A stretch of 64,000 bases of DNA from a bacterium (GTDB lineage Bacteria > UBA8248): positions 1,504,001-1,568,000 of the forward strand of contig CBDBEV010000001.1 in the NCBI GenBank assembly GCA_965204535.1, read 5' to 3'. The notes below the pieces were generated by a model. The model was not told the DNA's origin. It did no database searches and saw nothing but the letters and a program-made list of their open reading frames with translations. The translations under genes and the position numbers were made by a program. Shown here in pieces: positions 55,726 through 64,000 of this stretch (within the stretch, counting starts at the first letter, position 1; each line of letters starts with the position of its first letter).

Positions 55726-57065
55726 TGGCCGATAAGCCTTCACCCTTGGTGCCGAAGCTGCGGTTTCCGGAGTTTCGAGACGCCCCTGATTGGGAAGAAA
55801 TGTCGCTTGGCACATTACTGATTCGTGCACCTGATTACGGCGTGAATGCTGCAGCAGTGCCATTTTCCGAGACCCTGCCAGCATACATCCGGATCACGGA
55901 CATCAACAGCGACGGTCAGTTTGCGCCGTGTCCTCGGGTTTCAGTGGATATCGGCGCTGACGAAGAGAAATATCTTAGGGATGGCGACATTGTGCTTGCA
56001 CGGACTGGGGCAAGTGTTGGCAAGTCATATCGTTATCGCAAGGAGGACGGCCGCTTGGTTTACGCCGGATTTCTGATTCGGGTGAGGCCAAATCCACAAC
56101 GATTATTGTCGCAGTTTCTAGCCGCGTACCTGTCGGCCTGGAGTTATTGGGACTGGGTTCGTCTCACATCAGCACGAAGTGGACAACCCGGAATTAATGG
56201 TGCCGAGTATGCCTCAATGCCGCTACCTTTACCTCCAAATGGACGAGCTCTGGCCGAGCAGCGGAAGATCGCTGACTGTCTCGGCTCGCTGGACGACCTG
56301 ATCGCTGCGGAGGACCGCAAGCTCGACGCCCTACGGCAGTACAAAGAAGGGCTGATGCAGCAGCTTTTTCCCCAGCCCGGCGAGATCCAGCCAATCCTCC
56401 GCTTCCCTGAATTTCGAGACGACCCAACTTGGTCGGCTCCGCAATTCTCTGACCTGTATCGCTTCAAGCAAACTAACACACTGTCGAGGGACAATCTCAA
56501 CTACGAAACCGGAACGATCAAGAATATTCACTACGGCGATATTCACACCAAGTTCAAGGCTCTTTTCCGAGTGGGTGACGAGTATGTGCCGTTTGTCAAT
56601 CCAGATGCCTCAGCTAACAGATTTAATGACAGCACATTCTGTGAAGAAGGGGACATTGTACTTGCCGACGCGTCTGAAGATCTCGACGACGTCGGAAAAG
56701 CAATCGAAGTTTTTTCGCTAGACGGAGAACGAGTCGTCGCTGGCACGCACACTATTCTCGCAACCCGCCGAGGGAAGATTCCTGTCATTGGCTTCGGCGG
56801 ACAACTATTTCAATCCGCTGCTGTTCGTGCTGGGATAAAGAAAGAAGCTCAGGGCACGAAAGTCTACGGTATATCGGCGAAGCGCATTTCGACTGTTTCG
56901 GTCCCAATCCCGCCAACGGTGGCCGAGCAGCAAAAGATCGCCAAGTGTTTCTCCGCACTCGACACCTGGCTCGGCGCGCAATTGGCCAAGCTTGATGGCC
57001 TCCGAACTCACAAGCAAGGCTTGTTGCAGCAACTCATGCCTTCACTGACTGGTAATGAACAATGA
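55722..57065 (+). CDS. hsdS: Type I RM specificity subunit S
   Basis: Two TRDs with repeated P.LRFPEFRD and EQ.KIA.C...LD / K.GL.QQL conserved blocks. Confidence 0.96.
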   Translation: MMADKPSPLVPKLRFPEFRDAPDWEEMSLGTLLIRAPDYGVNAAAVPFSETLPAYIRITDINSDGQFAPCPRVSVDIGADEEKYLRDGDIVLARTGASVGKSYRYRKEDGRLVYAGFLIRVRPNPQRLLSQFLAAYLSAWSYWDWVRLTSARSGQPGINGAEYASMPLPLPPNGRALAEQRKIADCLGSLDDLIAAEDRKLDALRQYKEGLMQQLFPQPGEIQPILRFPEFRDDPTWSAPQFSDLYRFKQTNTLSRDNLNYETGTIKNIHYGDIHTKFKALFRVGDEYVPFVNPDASANRFNDSTFCEEGDIVLADASEDLDDVGKAIEVFSLDGERVVAGTHTILATRRGKIPVIGFGGQLFQSAAVRAGIKKEAQGTKVYGISAKRISTVSVPIPPTVAEQQKIAKCFSALDTWLGAQLAKLDGLRTHKQGLLQQLMPSLTGNEQ

Positions 57066-58213
57066 ATAGTACGCCGAAGATCCGTCAGTACAAGAATTTG
57101 ACGACTCTCGCGCGAAAGCTGCGTAATGATGTGAATGACTTCGACTGTGTCTTGCTCTACGCCTACAACAGGACGGGAAAAACGCGTCTGTCGATGGAAT
57201 TCAAGGATCAAGGGAAGCGAAAAGGCAAAGGGGCGCCGGACACTCTCTACTTCAATGCTTTTACCGAGGATCTCTTTGTCTGGTACAACGACTTCGATGG
57301 CGATACGGATCGACACCTGAGGATCAATGAGAGCTCTTCGTTCTTCAATGGACTCACTGAACTTGCACTTGACGAGGCCATCGCGAGCTACTTGTCACGC
57401 TACGCCGATTTCGATTTTGACATCGATTACGAAAAGTGGGTAGTCACCTTCCGCAAGGGCGATAATGAACGTATCAAAATTTCCCGGGGCGAGGAAAATA
57501 TTTTCATCTGGTGCATGTTCATGGCGATCTGCGAGCGGGTCATTGATGGACACCCGTCGTATCGCTGGGTCAAGTACCTATACATTGACGATCCAGTCTC
57601 GTCGCTGGATGACGACAATGCCATTGCTATTGCCTGTGATCTATCGGCACTTCTTCGCAATGCCGCGATTCGCCGAGACGTTAACGGAGAGCGCAACCCG
57701 GTTAAAACACTTCTCTCCTCTCACCACGCGTTGTTCTTCAACGTGATGTGCAACGAACTTGGAAGGACAAGGGAAGGCCAACAGAAAATAAAGATCAAGA
57801 GGTATTTTTTGCATCGACCGGATTCCGAGGGTAAGTTCATGCTACGTGCGACCGAAGATACCCCCTACTTTCACCACGTAGCGACTCTCGCCGAGCTTTG
57901 CAGGCGAGCACAGGCCGGAACACTTCATACATACCATTTCAATGCCCTACGCAGCATCTTGGAGAAGACGGCCAGTTTTCTCGGCCACGATGACCTCCGA
58001 GTCTGCCTATCCGGACTGGAGGACGAAGCCCTCTACAACCGCGCACTAAACCTGCTGAGCCATGGCAAGTACGCGATCAACGAACCGGTTGAGATGGTGG
58101 ACGACAACAAAGAGCTGTTCCGCAGAATACTCAACGATGTTCTTGGCAGATTTCAGTTTGCACTTCCCGAGCTTGTTCCTGAAGCCGCCATACAGAGTGA
58201 CACTCATGACTGA
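57062..58213 (+). CDS. prrC: PrrC-like anticodon nuclease (ABC ATPase plus HEPN)
   Basis: YAYNRTGKTRLS, LYFNAFTEDLF.W.ND, ISRGEE, YIDDPVSSLD, HEPN-like RALNLLSH; embedded in the hsd locus. Confidence 0.88.
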   Translation: MNSTPKIRQYKNLTTLARKLRNDVNDFDCVLLYAYNRTGKTRLSMEFKDQGKRKGKGAPDTLYFNAFTEDLFVWYNDFDGDTDRHLRINESSSFFNGLTELALDEAIASYLSRYADFDFDIDYEKWVVTFRKGDNERIKISRGEENIFIWCMFMAICERVIDGHPSYRWVKYLYIDDPVSSLDDDNAIAIACDLSALLRNAAIRRDVNGERNPVKTLLSSHHALFFNVMCNELGRTREGQQKIKIKRYFLHRPDSEGKFMLRATEDTPYFHHVATLAELCRRAQAGTLHTYHFNALRSILEKTASFLGHDDLRVCLSGLEDEALYNRALNLLSHGKYAINEPVEMVDDNKELFRRILNDVLGRFQFALPELVPEAAIQSDTHD

Positions 58214-59834
58214 ACAAGAGCAGCAGCAACTCGGCAAGACGCTCTGGGACATCGCCGATCAGCTCCGCGGGGCGATGAACGCGGACGATTTCCGCGACTA
58301 TATGCTCGCGTTCCTGTTTCTCCGCTACCTCTCGGACAACTACGAGCAGGCCGCGAGCAAGGAACTCGGGCGCGACTATCCCGACCCCAATGCCATCGGC
58401 AACGGCGGGCAATCCTCCCTGTCTGTCTGGTACAATGAGAACCCCGGCGATGTGCCGGCGTTCGAGAAGCAGATGCGGGTCAAGGCGCACTATGTCATCC
58501 GCCCCGAGCACCTTTGGGCCAGCATCGCCCACATGGCCCGGACCCAGGACGGCGACCTGCTCAAGACCCTCCAGGACGGCTTCAAGTACATCGAGAACGA
58601 CTCGTTCCAGAGCACGTTCTCCGGGCTTTTCTCGGAGATCAATCTGGGCTCCGACAAGCTCGGTAAGACCTATCCGGACCGGAACGCGAAGCTCTGCACG
58701 ATCATCACCAAGATCGCCGAAGGCCTCGCGGAGTTCTCCACGGACAGCGACACCCTCGGCGACGCCTACGAGTACCTGATTGGGCAGTTTGCCGCAGGAT
58801 CGGGCAAGAAGGCCGGCGAGTTCTACACGCCGCAGCGGATATCGGACATCCTCTCCGCGATCGTCACGCTCGACGGCCAGGAGCCGAAGACCGGCAGGCG
58901 GACGCACCTCGCCAGCGTGATGGACTTCGCCTGCGGCTCGGGCTCGCTGCTGCTGAACGTCCGCAAGCGCATGGGGCCGCACGGCATCGGCAAGATCCAT
59001 GGGCAGGAGAAGAACATCACCACCTACAACCTCGCACGGATGAACATGCTGCTGCACGGGGTGAAGGACTCGGAGTTCGAGATCTACCACGGCGACACGC
59101 TGACCAACGACTGGGACATGCTCCGCGAGACGAACCCGGCGAAGAAGCCCCATTTTGACGCTGTGGTCGCCAACCCGCCCTTCAGCTACCGCTGGAGCCC
59201 CAACGAGGCGTTGGGCGAGGACGTGCGCTTCAAGAACTACGGGCTGGCCCCGAAGTCGGCGGCGGACTTCGCGTTCCTGCTGCACGGGTTTCACTACCTC
59301 AAAGAAGACGGCGTGATGGCCATCATCCTGCCGCACGGCGTGCTGTTCCGCGGCGGAGCGGAGGCAAGGATGCGCAAGAAGCTGCTTGACGACGGGCACA
59401 TCGATACCGTCATCGGCCTGCCAGCGAACCTGTTCTACTCGACCGGCATCCCGGTCTGCATCCTCGTCCTGAAGAAGTGCAAGAAGCCCGACGATGTCCT
59501 GTTCATCAACGCGTCCGAGCATTTCGAAAAGGGTAAGCGGCAGAACTTCCTGTCGGACGGGCATATCAGGAAGATCGTCAACGCCTACCAGCAGCGCCCG
59601 GAGAGCATTGAGCGATACGCCAGACGCGTGGAGATGGAAGAGATCGAGGCTAACGACTTCAACCTGAACATCTCCCGCTACGTCAGCACGGCCGAGCCGG
59701 AAGCTGAGATCGATCTGACGGCCACACGCACGGAATTGGTCGAGATCGAGAAGCAGATTCGAGAATCAACGGCGAAGCACAACGCGTTTCTAAAGGAACT
59801 TGGACTATCCCCATTGCCAACGCCCGATAAGTGA
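58206..59834 (+). CDS. hsdM: Type I RM methyltransferase subunit M
   Basis: LW.IADQLRGAM, GKKAGEFYTP, DFACGSGSLL, ANPPFS, LPHGVLFRG. Start reassigned to ATG 58206. Confidence 0.97.
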   Translation: MTEQEQQQLGKTLWDIADQLRGAMNADDFRDYMLAFLFLRYLSDNYEQAASKELGRDYPDPNAIGNGGQSSLSVWYNENPGDVPAFEKQMRVKAHYVIRPEHLWASIAHMARTQDGDLLKTLQDGFKYIENDSFQSTFSGLFSEINLGSDKLGKTYPDRNAKLCTIITKIAEGLAEFSTDSDTLGDAYEYLIGQFAAGSGKKAGEFYTPQRISDILSAIVTLDGQEPKTGRRTHLASVMDFACGSGSLLLNVRKRMGPHGIGKIHGQEKNITTYNLARMNMLLHGVKDSEFEIYHGDTLTNDWDMLRETNPAKKPHFDAVVANPPFSYRWSPNEALGEDVRFKNYGLAPKSAADFAFLLHGFHYLKEDGVMAIILPHGVLFRGGAEARMRKKLLDDGHIDTVIGLPANLFYSTGIPVCILVLKKCKKPDDVLFINASEHFEKGKRQNFLSDGHIRKIVNAYQQRPESIERYARRVEMEEIEANDFNLNISRYVSTAEPEAEIDLTATRTELVEIEKQIRESTAKHNAFLKELGLSPLPTPDK

Positions 59835-59969
59835 TCGAAGCGATTCCTCCGCCTATGGCTGACGCCACATGCACGCGGCGCTGAGAGATCGCAGCTGGAT
59901 CATGAAGCACATGAAGATCAAACGCCTGATGCACGACCCAGCCATGCATCTCCCGCGCCAGCGCCGCCT

Positions 59970-60130
59970 TGCTCCAGCATGTCGAGACGCTCCAGACAGC
60001 GGGTCAGAAGCCGTTCGTTCAGGGCATACAGCTCATGCACTTTCGGGATCGGCACGAGGAACTTGCGCCGATCTGTCTTCACCAACGCCTCAACCTTGCC
60101 CTTGTCATTCCCCTTGCCGGGCCGACCGAA
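59970..60130 (-). pseudogene. IS21-family IstA transposase internal fragment
   Basis: Minus strand FGRPGKGNDKGKVEALVKTDRRKFLVPIP...LNERLL resembles the IstA DDE-region motif; no start or IS ends seen. Confidence 0.65.
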
Positions 60131-60169
60131 GACGGTGACATCGTATCCCCCGTCGATCAGTTCCGCGAC

Positions 60170-60319
60170 TCAGTACCGCATAATGGTCTTTCCTGTGCCC
60201 GTGCCCACCCAGGCGTTCGTTTTTTTGTGCGCCAGATTGTCCTTGGCGTAGTAGCCGTTCCGTTCGTAATAGCTCGCGCCCTGTGAAGGCGAAGCGACCT
60301 TGCCGACCGAGTCTACCAT
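60170..60319 (-). pseudogene. Truncated MOBF relaxase N-terminus
   Basis: MVDSVGKVASPSQGASYYERNGYYAKD...AW.G closely parallels the TraI N-terminus at 2393; stops after 49 codons. Confidence 0.8.
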
Positions 60320-60510
60320 CGCAACCAATCTCGATCGGTGGCTCGTCCATTGACGGTCCAGTTCTATGATATGAATATAAAAACCATAAGAAATGCGTAA
60401 GCGAACATCGAAGTGCGTAGCGCTCATCGCTTTGCAAACAACCGCTGGATGGCGGAACGACCAAATAGAATGTTAGACCGAAGCAGGTCGAGATCCATGC
60501 CAAGGAGATA

Positions 60511-61431
60511 ATGATGCAACAAAAGTTCAAAGTGGCAAAACTGCTAGAGAAAATGGGGAGTCAGGTTACAATCCAGTTCGAAGAGGCCGGTCTCGGGACG
60601 ACAGGTACGATTGTAGGAGATGCGCGGGAGAACGCAATAAGACACAAGCTTCAGGAAGTTCTGTCTGGAAACAACAGAGTAACGAATGGAGTAATAATAG
60701 ACAGTTATGAAAATATAAGCCAGCAAACTGACATCGTCATACACGAGGCGGATATATGTCCCATATTCAAGATCGGTGGGTCGGAAGGTGAGGAATACAT
60801 ACCGTGTGAGGGTGTGTGGGCGGCTGGCGAAGTGAAATCGAGATTGAGAAGAGAAGACATAAAAAGCATATGCGAACACTCAATGTCCGTGAAACGATTA
60901 AGACGATATGCCCGCAGGAGGGCAAATATTCTGACCGAGGAGGAGACAGTAAGCTTCAGAAGCTATGGAGTAGGGATGGCAATGGCGGGGGCAAAAGAAG
61001 AAGAATATGATCAGGAAAAAAAGGAATCGGACCGAATATTCACATTCGGAGTAGTCGGAACATGGGAAATCAGTAGCACGCAGAGTGCAGAGGAAGTTAA
61101 AAGCTTCATAAAACAGAACGGAGTCGAGATGGCCCCAAACATTATTATAGGTATTCGAAAAGGTATGTTGTTACCAGCAAGAAGGAACGAGGAAGATGGA
61201 TGGTCTCCAAAATTGGATTGGAGCAATGCAGAAGGAATTGCCGTAAGCCAAAACATTGGAGACCGGTGGAGAAAACTGGTGGGAATCTTGAATCTAGCGA
61301 GAACCACCAGAAGAACGGTAGAGGTAGAATCATTTAACCGGTATACAACCTTGTGGGGAGGGATTAAGCCATTCAGTTCAGGGATAGAAAATCAAGTGAT
61401 AGGAGACTTCACTTTTACAGAATTAGGATAG
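60511..61431 (+). CDS. DUF6602-like putative PD-(D/E)xK nuclease
   Basis: G..RE..IR..L, GVIID, SQQTDIVIHE, YIPCEGVWAAGEVKS; AAGGAG RBS. Confidence 0.7.
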   Translation: MMQQKFKVAKLLEKMGSQVTIQFEEAGLGTTGTIVGDARENAIRHKLQEVLSGNNRVTNGVIIDSYENISQQTDIVIHEADICPIFKIGGSEGEEYIPCEGVWAAGEVKSRLRREDIKSICEHSMSVKRLRRYARRRANILTEEETVSFRSYGVGMAMAGAKEEEYDQEKKESDRIFTFGVVGTWEISSTQSAEEVKSFIKQNGVEMAPNIIIGIRKGMLLPARRNEEDGWSPKLDWSNAEGIAVSQNIGDRWRKLVGILNLARTTRRTVEVESFNRYTTLWGGIKPFSSGIENQVIGDFTFTELG

Positions 61432-61670
61432 CCCATCAAGCGAGCAGAATCAGGGAGAGGAAGATGTCTATGATTATGTGGAGTAACTTCGTATAGTTCT
61501 TTAATATCAGTTAGTTGAAGCTGTCATACTCCCCATAACCATTAAAGCCCCGGCACTTCCCATGCCGCCCGGCGACAATGCTGGCCACAGTCGAAGCTGG
61601 AAGCCAGATGTCGACCCGAGTGGATTCGCAAGATTAGGATAGCCGATTGCTTCGCCGAGAGAGACCAGAA

Positions 61671-63998
61671 ATGCACAATGACGTACCTAGCCAAGTGAAA
61701 CCGTATCTCGGCGAAATCGCGGATCGGCTGTGGTCGAACAAAGCTGCGGTGATGGTGGGAGCGGGTTTCAGCCGGAACGCGAAAACTGTGGGTTCCACGT
61801 CCGCATCCTTCCCAAGCTGGCAGGAACTTGGGAATATCTTTTACAAGAAGCTGCACGGGCGGTCCCCAGGTGAGGAAACCAGGTACCTGAGCCTCCTCAA
61901 ACTGGCCGAACAGGTCCAGGCCGCGTTCGGACGTCCAACTCTGGACGGGTTGTTGCAGCGCGAAATCCCGGATATGACCTATGAACCCTCGCCGCTGCAT
62001 AGCCAACTGTTGAGCTTGCCGTGGCAAGATGTGTTCACGACGAACTACGACACGTTGCTTGAGCGAGCGCGTGCATCCGTGACACTCATACGCTACGACG
62101 TCGTGACCAAGAAGGAGGATCTCCTCTACGCGAACGAACCAAGAATCGTAAAACTGCATGGAAGCTTTCCATCGCCTCCGTTCGTCATAACTGAAGAAGA
62201 CTACCGCCGTTATCCCAACGACCACGCGCCATTCGTAAACACCGTGCGCCAGTCGCTGCTTGAGAACACTTTGTGCCTGATCGGCTTTTCGGGCGACGAC
62301 CCGAACTTCCTCCAATGGATAGGCTGGATACGAGATCACGTAGGCAAGGAAACTGCGCCCAGAATCTATCTGGTCGGGATGTTCAATACGCTGAGTGAAG
62401 CGGACAGAAAGCTGCTAGACGGCCGAGGGATTGTCGCAGTCGACCTGTCGGTCTTCAGCACAGATCCCGGAAAAGCGTTGGGTAAGTTTCTGGGCTACCT
62501 CGAAAACCGCAAATCCCGCGCCGCGGACTGGCCGACGGTTTCACCAGATGCCCGATCATTGGCAACAGAGGCTAATATCGAAAAGTACTCTGACATTGCG
62601 GCGGAATGGCGGCGCCAGCGAGATGAATACCCGGGCTGGGTGGTTGTGCCAGAGGATCGACGGCAGTTTCTGTGGCTCTACACTAAGCAATGGCTATCAC
62701 TTCTTTCTCAAATGTCGTCGGCCGATCGTGTTCGGCTTGAAACGCCCTTGGACCTGGACCTGGCATTCGAACTGGCATGGCGTCTAGACCGATGCCTGTT
62801 CCCGCTGTCTGGGGAGCTGCCAGCGTTCCTCGAGGAAGTCGCAATCAAGTACAGCGACACAACGCTGCCATTGCCAGAGAAAGACGGTTGGACCAGGACA
62901 TCTGTGTTCGAGGCCGTTACCAACATCCGGCTATGGCTGCTGCGGCACTATCGCGAAGAAGGCCTGGATCAGAAATGGCAAGTAGTCAGTCAGGCCATCG
63001 AGGACGACTTCGGGAGGTTGCTACCTGAACACAAAGCCAGGTTCCGGCTAGAGATGGTACTCCGAGCACTCTTTTGCTTCGATCCGGCCGAAGCGAAACG
63101 GCTACTGGTAACTTGGCAGAGCAACGATAACCTACCCTTCTGGGAGGCGAAACGTGCGGCCCTGATGGCAGAGTTGGGAGAAACGGCGGCCGCACACTCC
63201 ATTTTGGAGACGAGCCTGTCGGCCATCCGCCAGCAGTTGAATCTGAACCCGGTCATTGAAGACTACACGCTTGTCTCGCAGGAGTCTGTCGTCATGTTGC
63301 TGCTCTGGGCGGTCGAGCGCGGCATGGCCGTCCAGGAACGTGATACGGAGGACAATAACCTCTTGGACGAATTGTCCGAGCGGTGGAACGAGCTGACGCG
63401 GTACAGGTGTGACCCGCGTCGCGAGATAGCTTCGTTGTCGTCGCGTCTCGGGCACCCCTCGGTGAGCCGGAGGTCGGAAAGCACGACCTACAGTTTCGAC
63501 TTAGGATTTGTCTCCAAAACATTTCATTTCGGGTTTGACGAGGAAGCGGTCGCAGCGTACTGGCTGCTGCGGATGTATGAAGATATCGGTATGCCCTATC
63601 GTATGGGTCATGCAACGTTCGTGAAACAGCCAGTCGAGTCGACACTACCTCGCGTGCGTCCCTATTCGCCACATTGGGCGTTAGCGAACATCGTCCGTCT
63701 CGGCGACGAGAAGGCGGCTGACGGGCTGTTCGACCGGGAGTACCTCGCCGGTCTCAGGCGGGACAAAGCAGATAAGTTTTTTGATATCTATCTGCCGGCC
63801 TTTGAACGCACTATCACTATGGTCAACGAACCTGACTGGTCCGAGGCCAAAACCTACGAGTTGCTGGCGAAGACCCTTCCCGAGGTGTTTTCGCGGCTCT
63901 GCTACAAGTGCTCGCCAGCATGCCGGGAGCGTCTCGTGGGCGTGCTCCGCGTGATCTACGGTTCGAAGCGTAGGCATGTGTTCGCGGGAGTCGGGCGC
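61671..63998 (+). CDS. SIR2-domain anti-phage protein (Dsr1-like), partial, runs off the right edge
   Basis: Absent from the ORF track because it is open-ended. ATG 61671: AAVMVGAGFSRNA, VFTTNYDTLLE, IVKLHGS, LCLIGFSGDDPNFLQWIGWIRD, followed by a long helical region. Confidence 0.9.
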   Translation, partial: MHNDVPSQVKPYLGEIADRLWSNKAAVMVGAGFSRNAKTVGSTSASFPSWQELGNIFYKKLHGRSPGEETRYLSLLKLAEQVQAAFGRPTLDGLLQREIPDMTYEPSPLHSQLLSLPWQDVFTTNYDTLLERARASVTLIRYDVVTKKEDLLYANEPRIVKLHGSFPSPPFVITEEDYRRYPNDHAPFVNTVRQSLLENTLCLIGFSGDDPNFLQWIGWIRDHVGKETAPRIYLVGMFNTLSEADRKLLDGRGIVAVDLSVFSTDPGKALGKFLGYLENRKSRAADWPTVSPDARSLATEANIEKYSDIAAEWRRQRDEYPGWVVVPEDRRQFLWLYTKQWLSLLSQMSSADRVRLETPLDLDLAFELAWRLDRCLFPLSGELPAFLEEVAIKYSDTTLPLPEKDGWTRTSVFEAVTNIRLWLLRHYREEGLDQKWQVVSQAIEDDFGRLLPEHKARFRLEMVLRALFCFDPAEAKRLLVTWQSNDNLPFWEAKRAALMAELGETAAAHSILETSLSAIRQQLNLNPVIEDYTLVSQESVVMLLLWAVERGMAVQERDTEDNNLLDELSERWNELTRYRCDPRREIASLSSRLGHPSVSRRSESTTYSFDLGFVSKTFHFGFDEEAVAAYWLLRMYEDIGMPYRMGHATFVKQPVESTLPRVRPYSPHWALANIVRLGDEKAADGLFDREYLAGLRRDKADKFFDIYLPAFERTITMVNEPDWSEAKTYELLAKTLPEVFSRLCYKCSPACRERLVGVLRVIYGSKRRHVFAGVGR

Positions 63999-64000
63999 TT

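Noticed and set aside
60390-60430. TGCGTA words upstream of the relaxase remnant as a second oriT
   Set aside because: No GT(G/C)T nick context or convincing hairpin.
61542-63977. Short ORFs listed over the right end
   Set aside because: Explained by one open plus-strand SIR2-family frame from 61671 to the window edge.
1-64000. Integrase, att sites, rep gene, tRNA/rRNA, CRISPR-Cas, retron or other reverse transcriptase
   Set aside because: None recognised in the window, so ICE versus plasmid cannot be decided here.

Overview
The window is most of a GC-rich conjugative element (ICE or plasmid; no integrase or rep gene is visible). Left (1-22.2 kb, minus strand): an F-type T4SS/MOBF transfer region, traA-L-E-K-B-V-C-(HD-like, hyp)-trbI-S26 peptidase-W-U-trbC-N-F-H-G-D-traI/trwC. 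The relaxase runs off the left edge. A triple-HTH regulator heads the region and a convergent candidate entry-exclusion gene overlaps the end of traG. Middle (22.9-37.8 kb, plus strand): a leading-region-type cluster of ParB-like, GHKL ATPase, DUF2958, methylase/strawberry-notch helicase, Toprim, ssb, DUF4326, DUF2493/SLOG and small unknown genes, containing an Frpo-like ssDNA promoter hairpin. An IS1182 follows, then a MOBF-type nic site at about 39.85 kb and an RHH gene. The nic polarity, the ssDNA promoter strand and the gene orientation agree, which defines what enters a recipient first. Right (40.9-64 kb): a mosaic defence island with a 2,000+ aa TPR-PIN-like protein convergent with a TIR-STAND NTPase, HipA plus HTH, a decayed Phd antitoxin and hsdM scar, type I RM (hsdR-hsdS-prrC-hsdM), relaxase and IS21 remnants, a DUF6602-like nuclease and a SIR2/Dsr1-like gene running off the right edge. 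All family calls come from motif recognition by eye; no searches were run.
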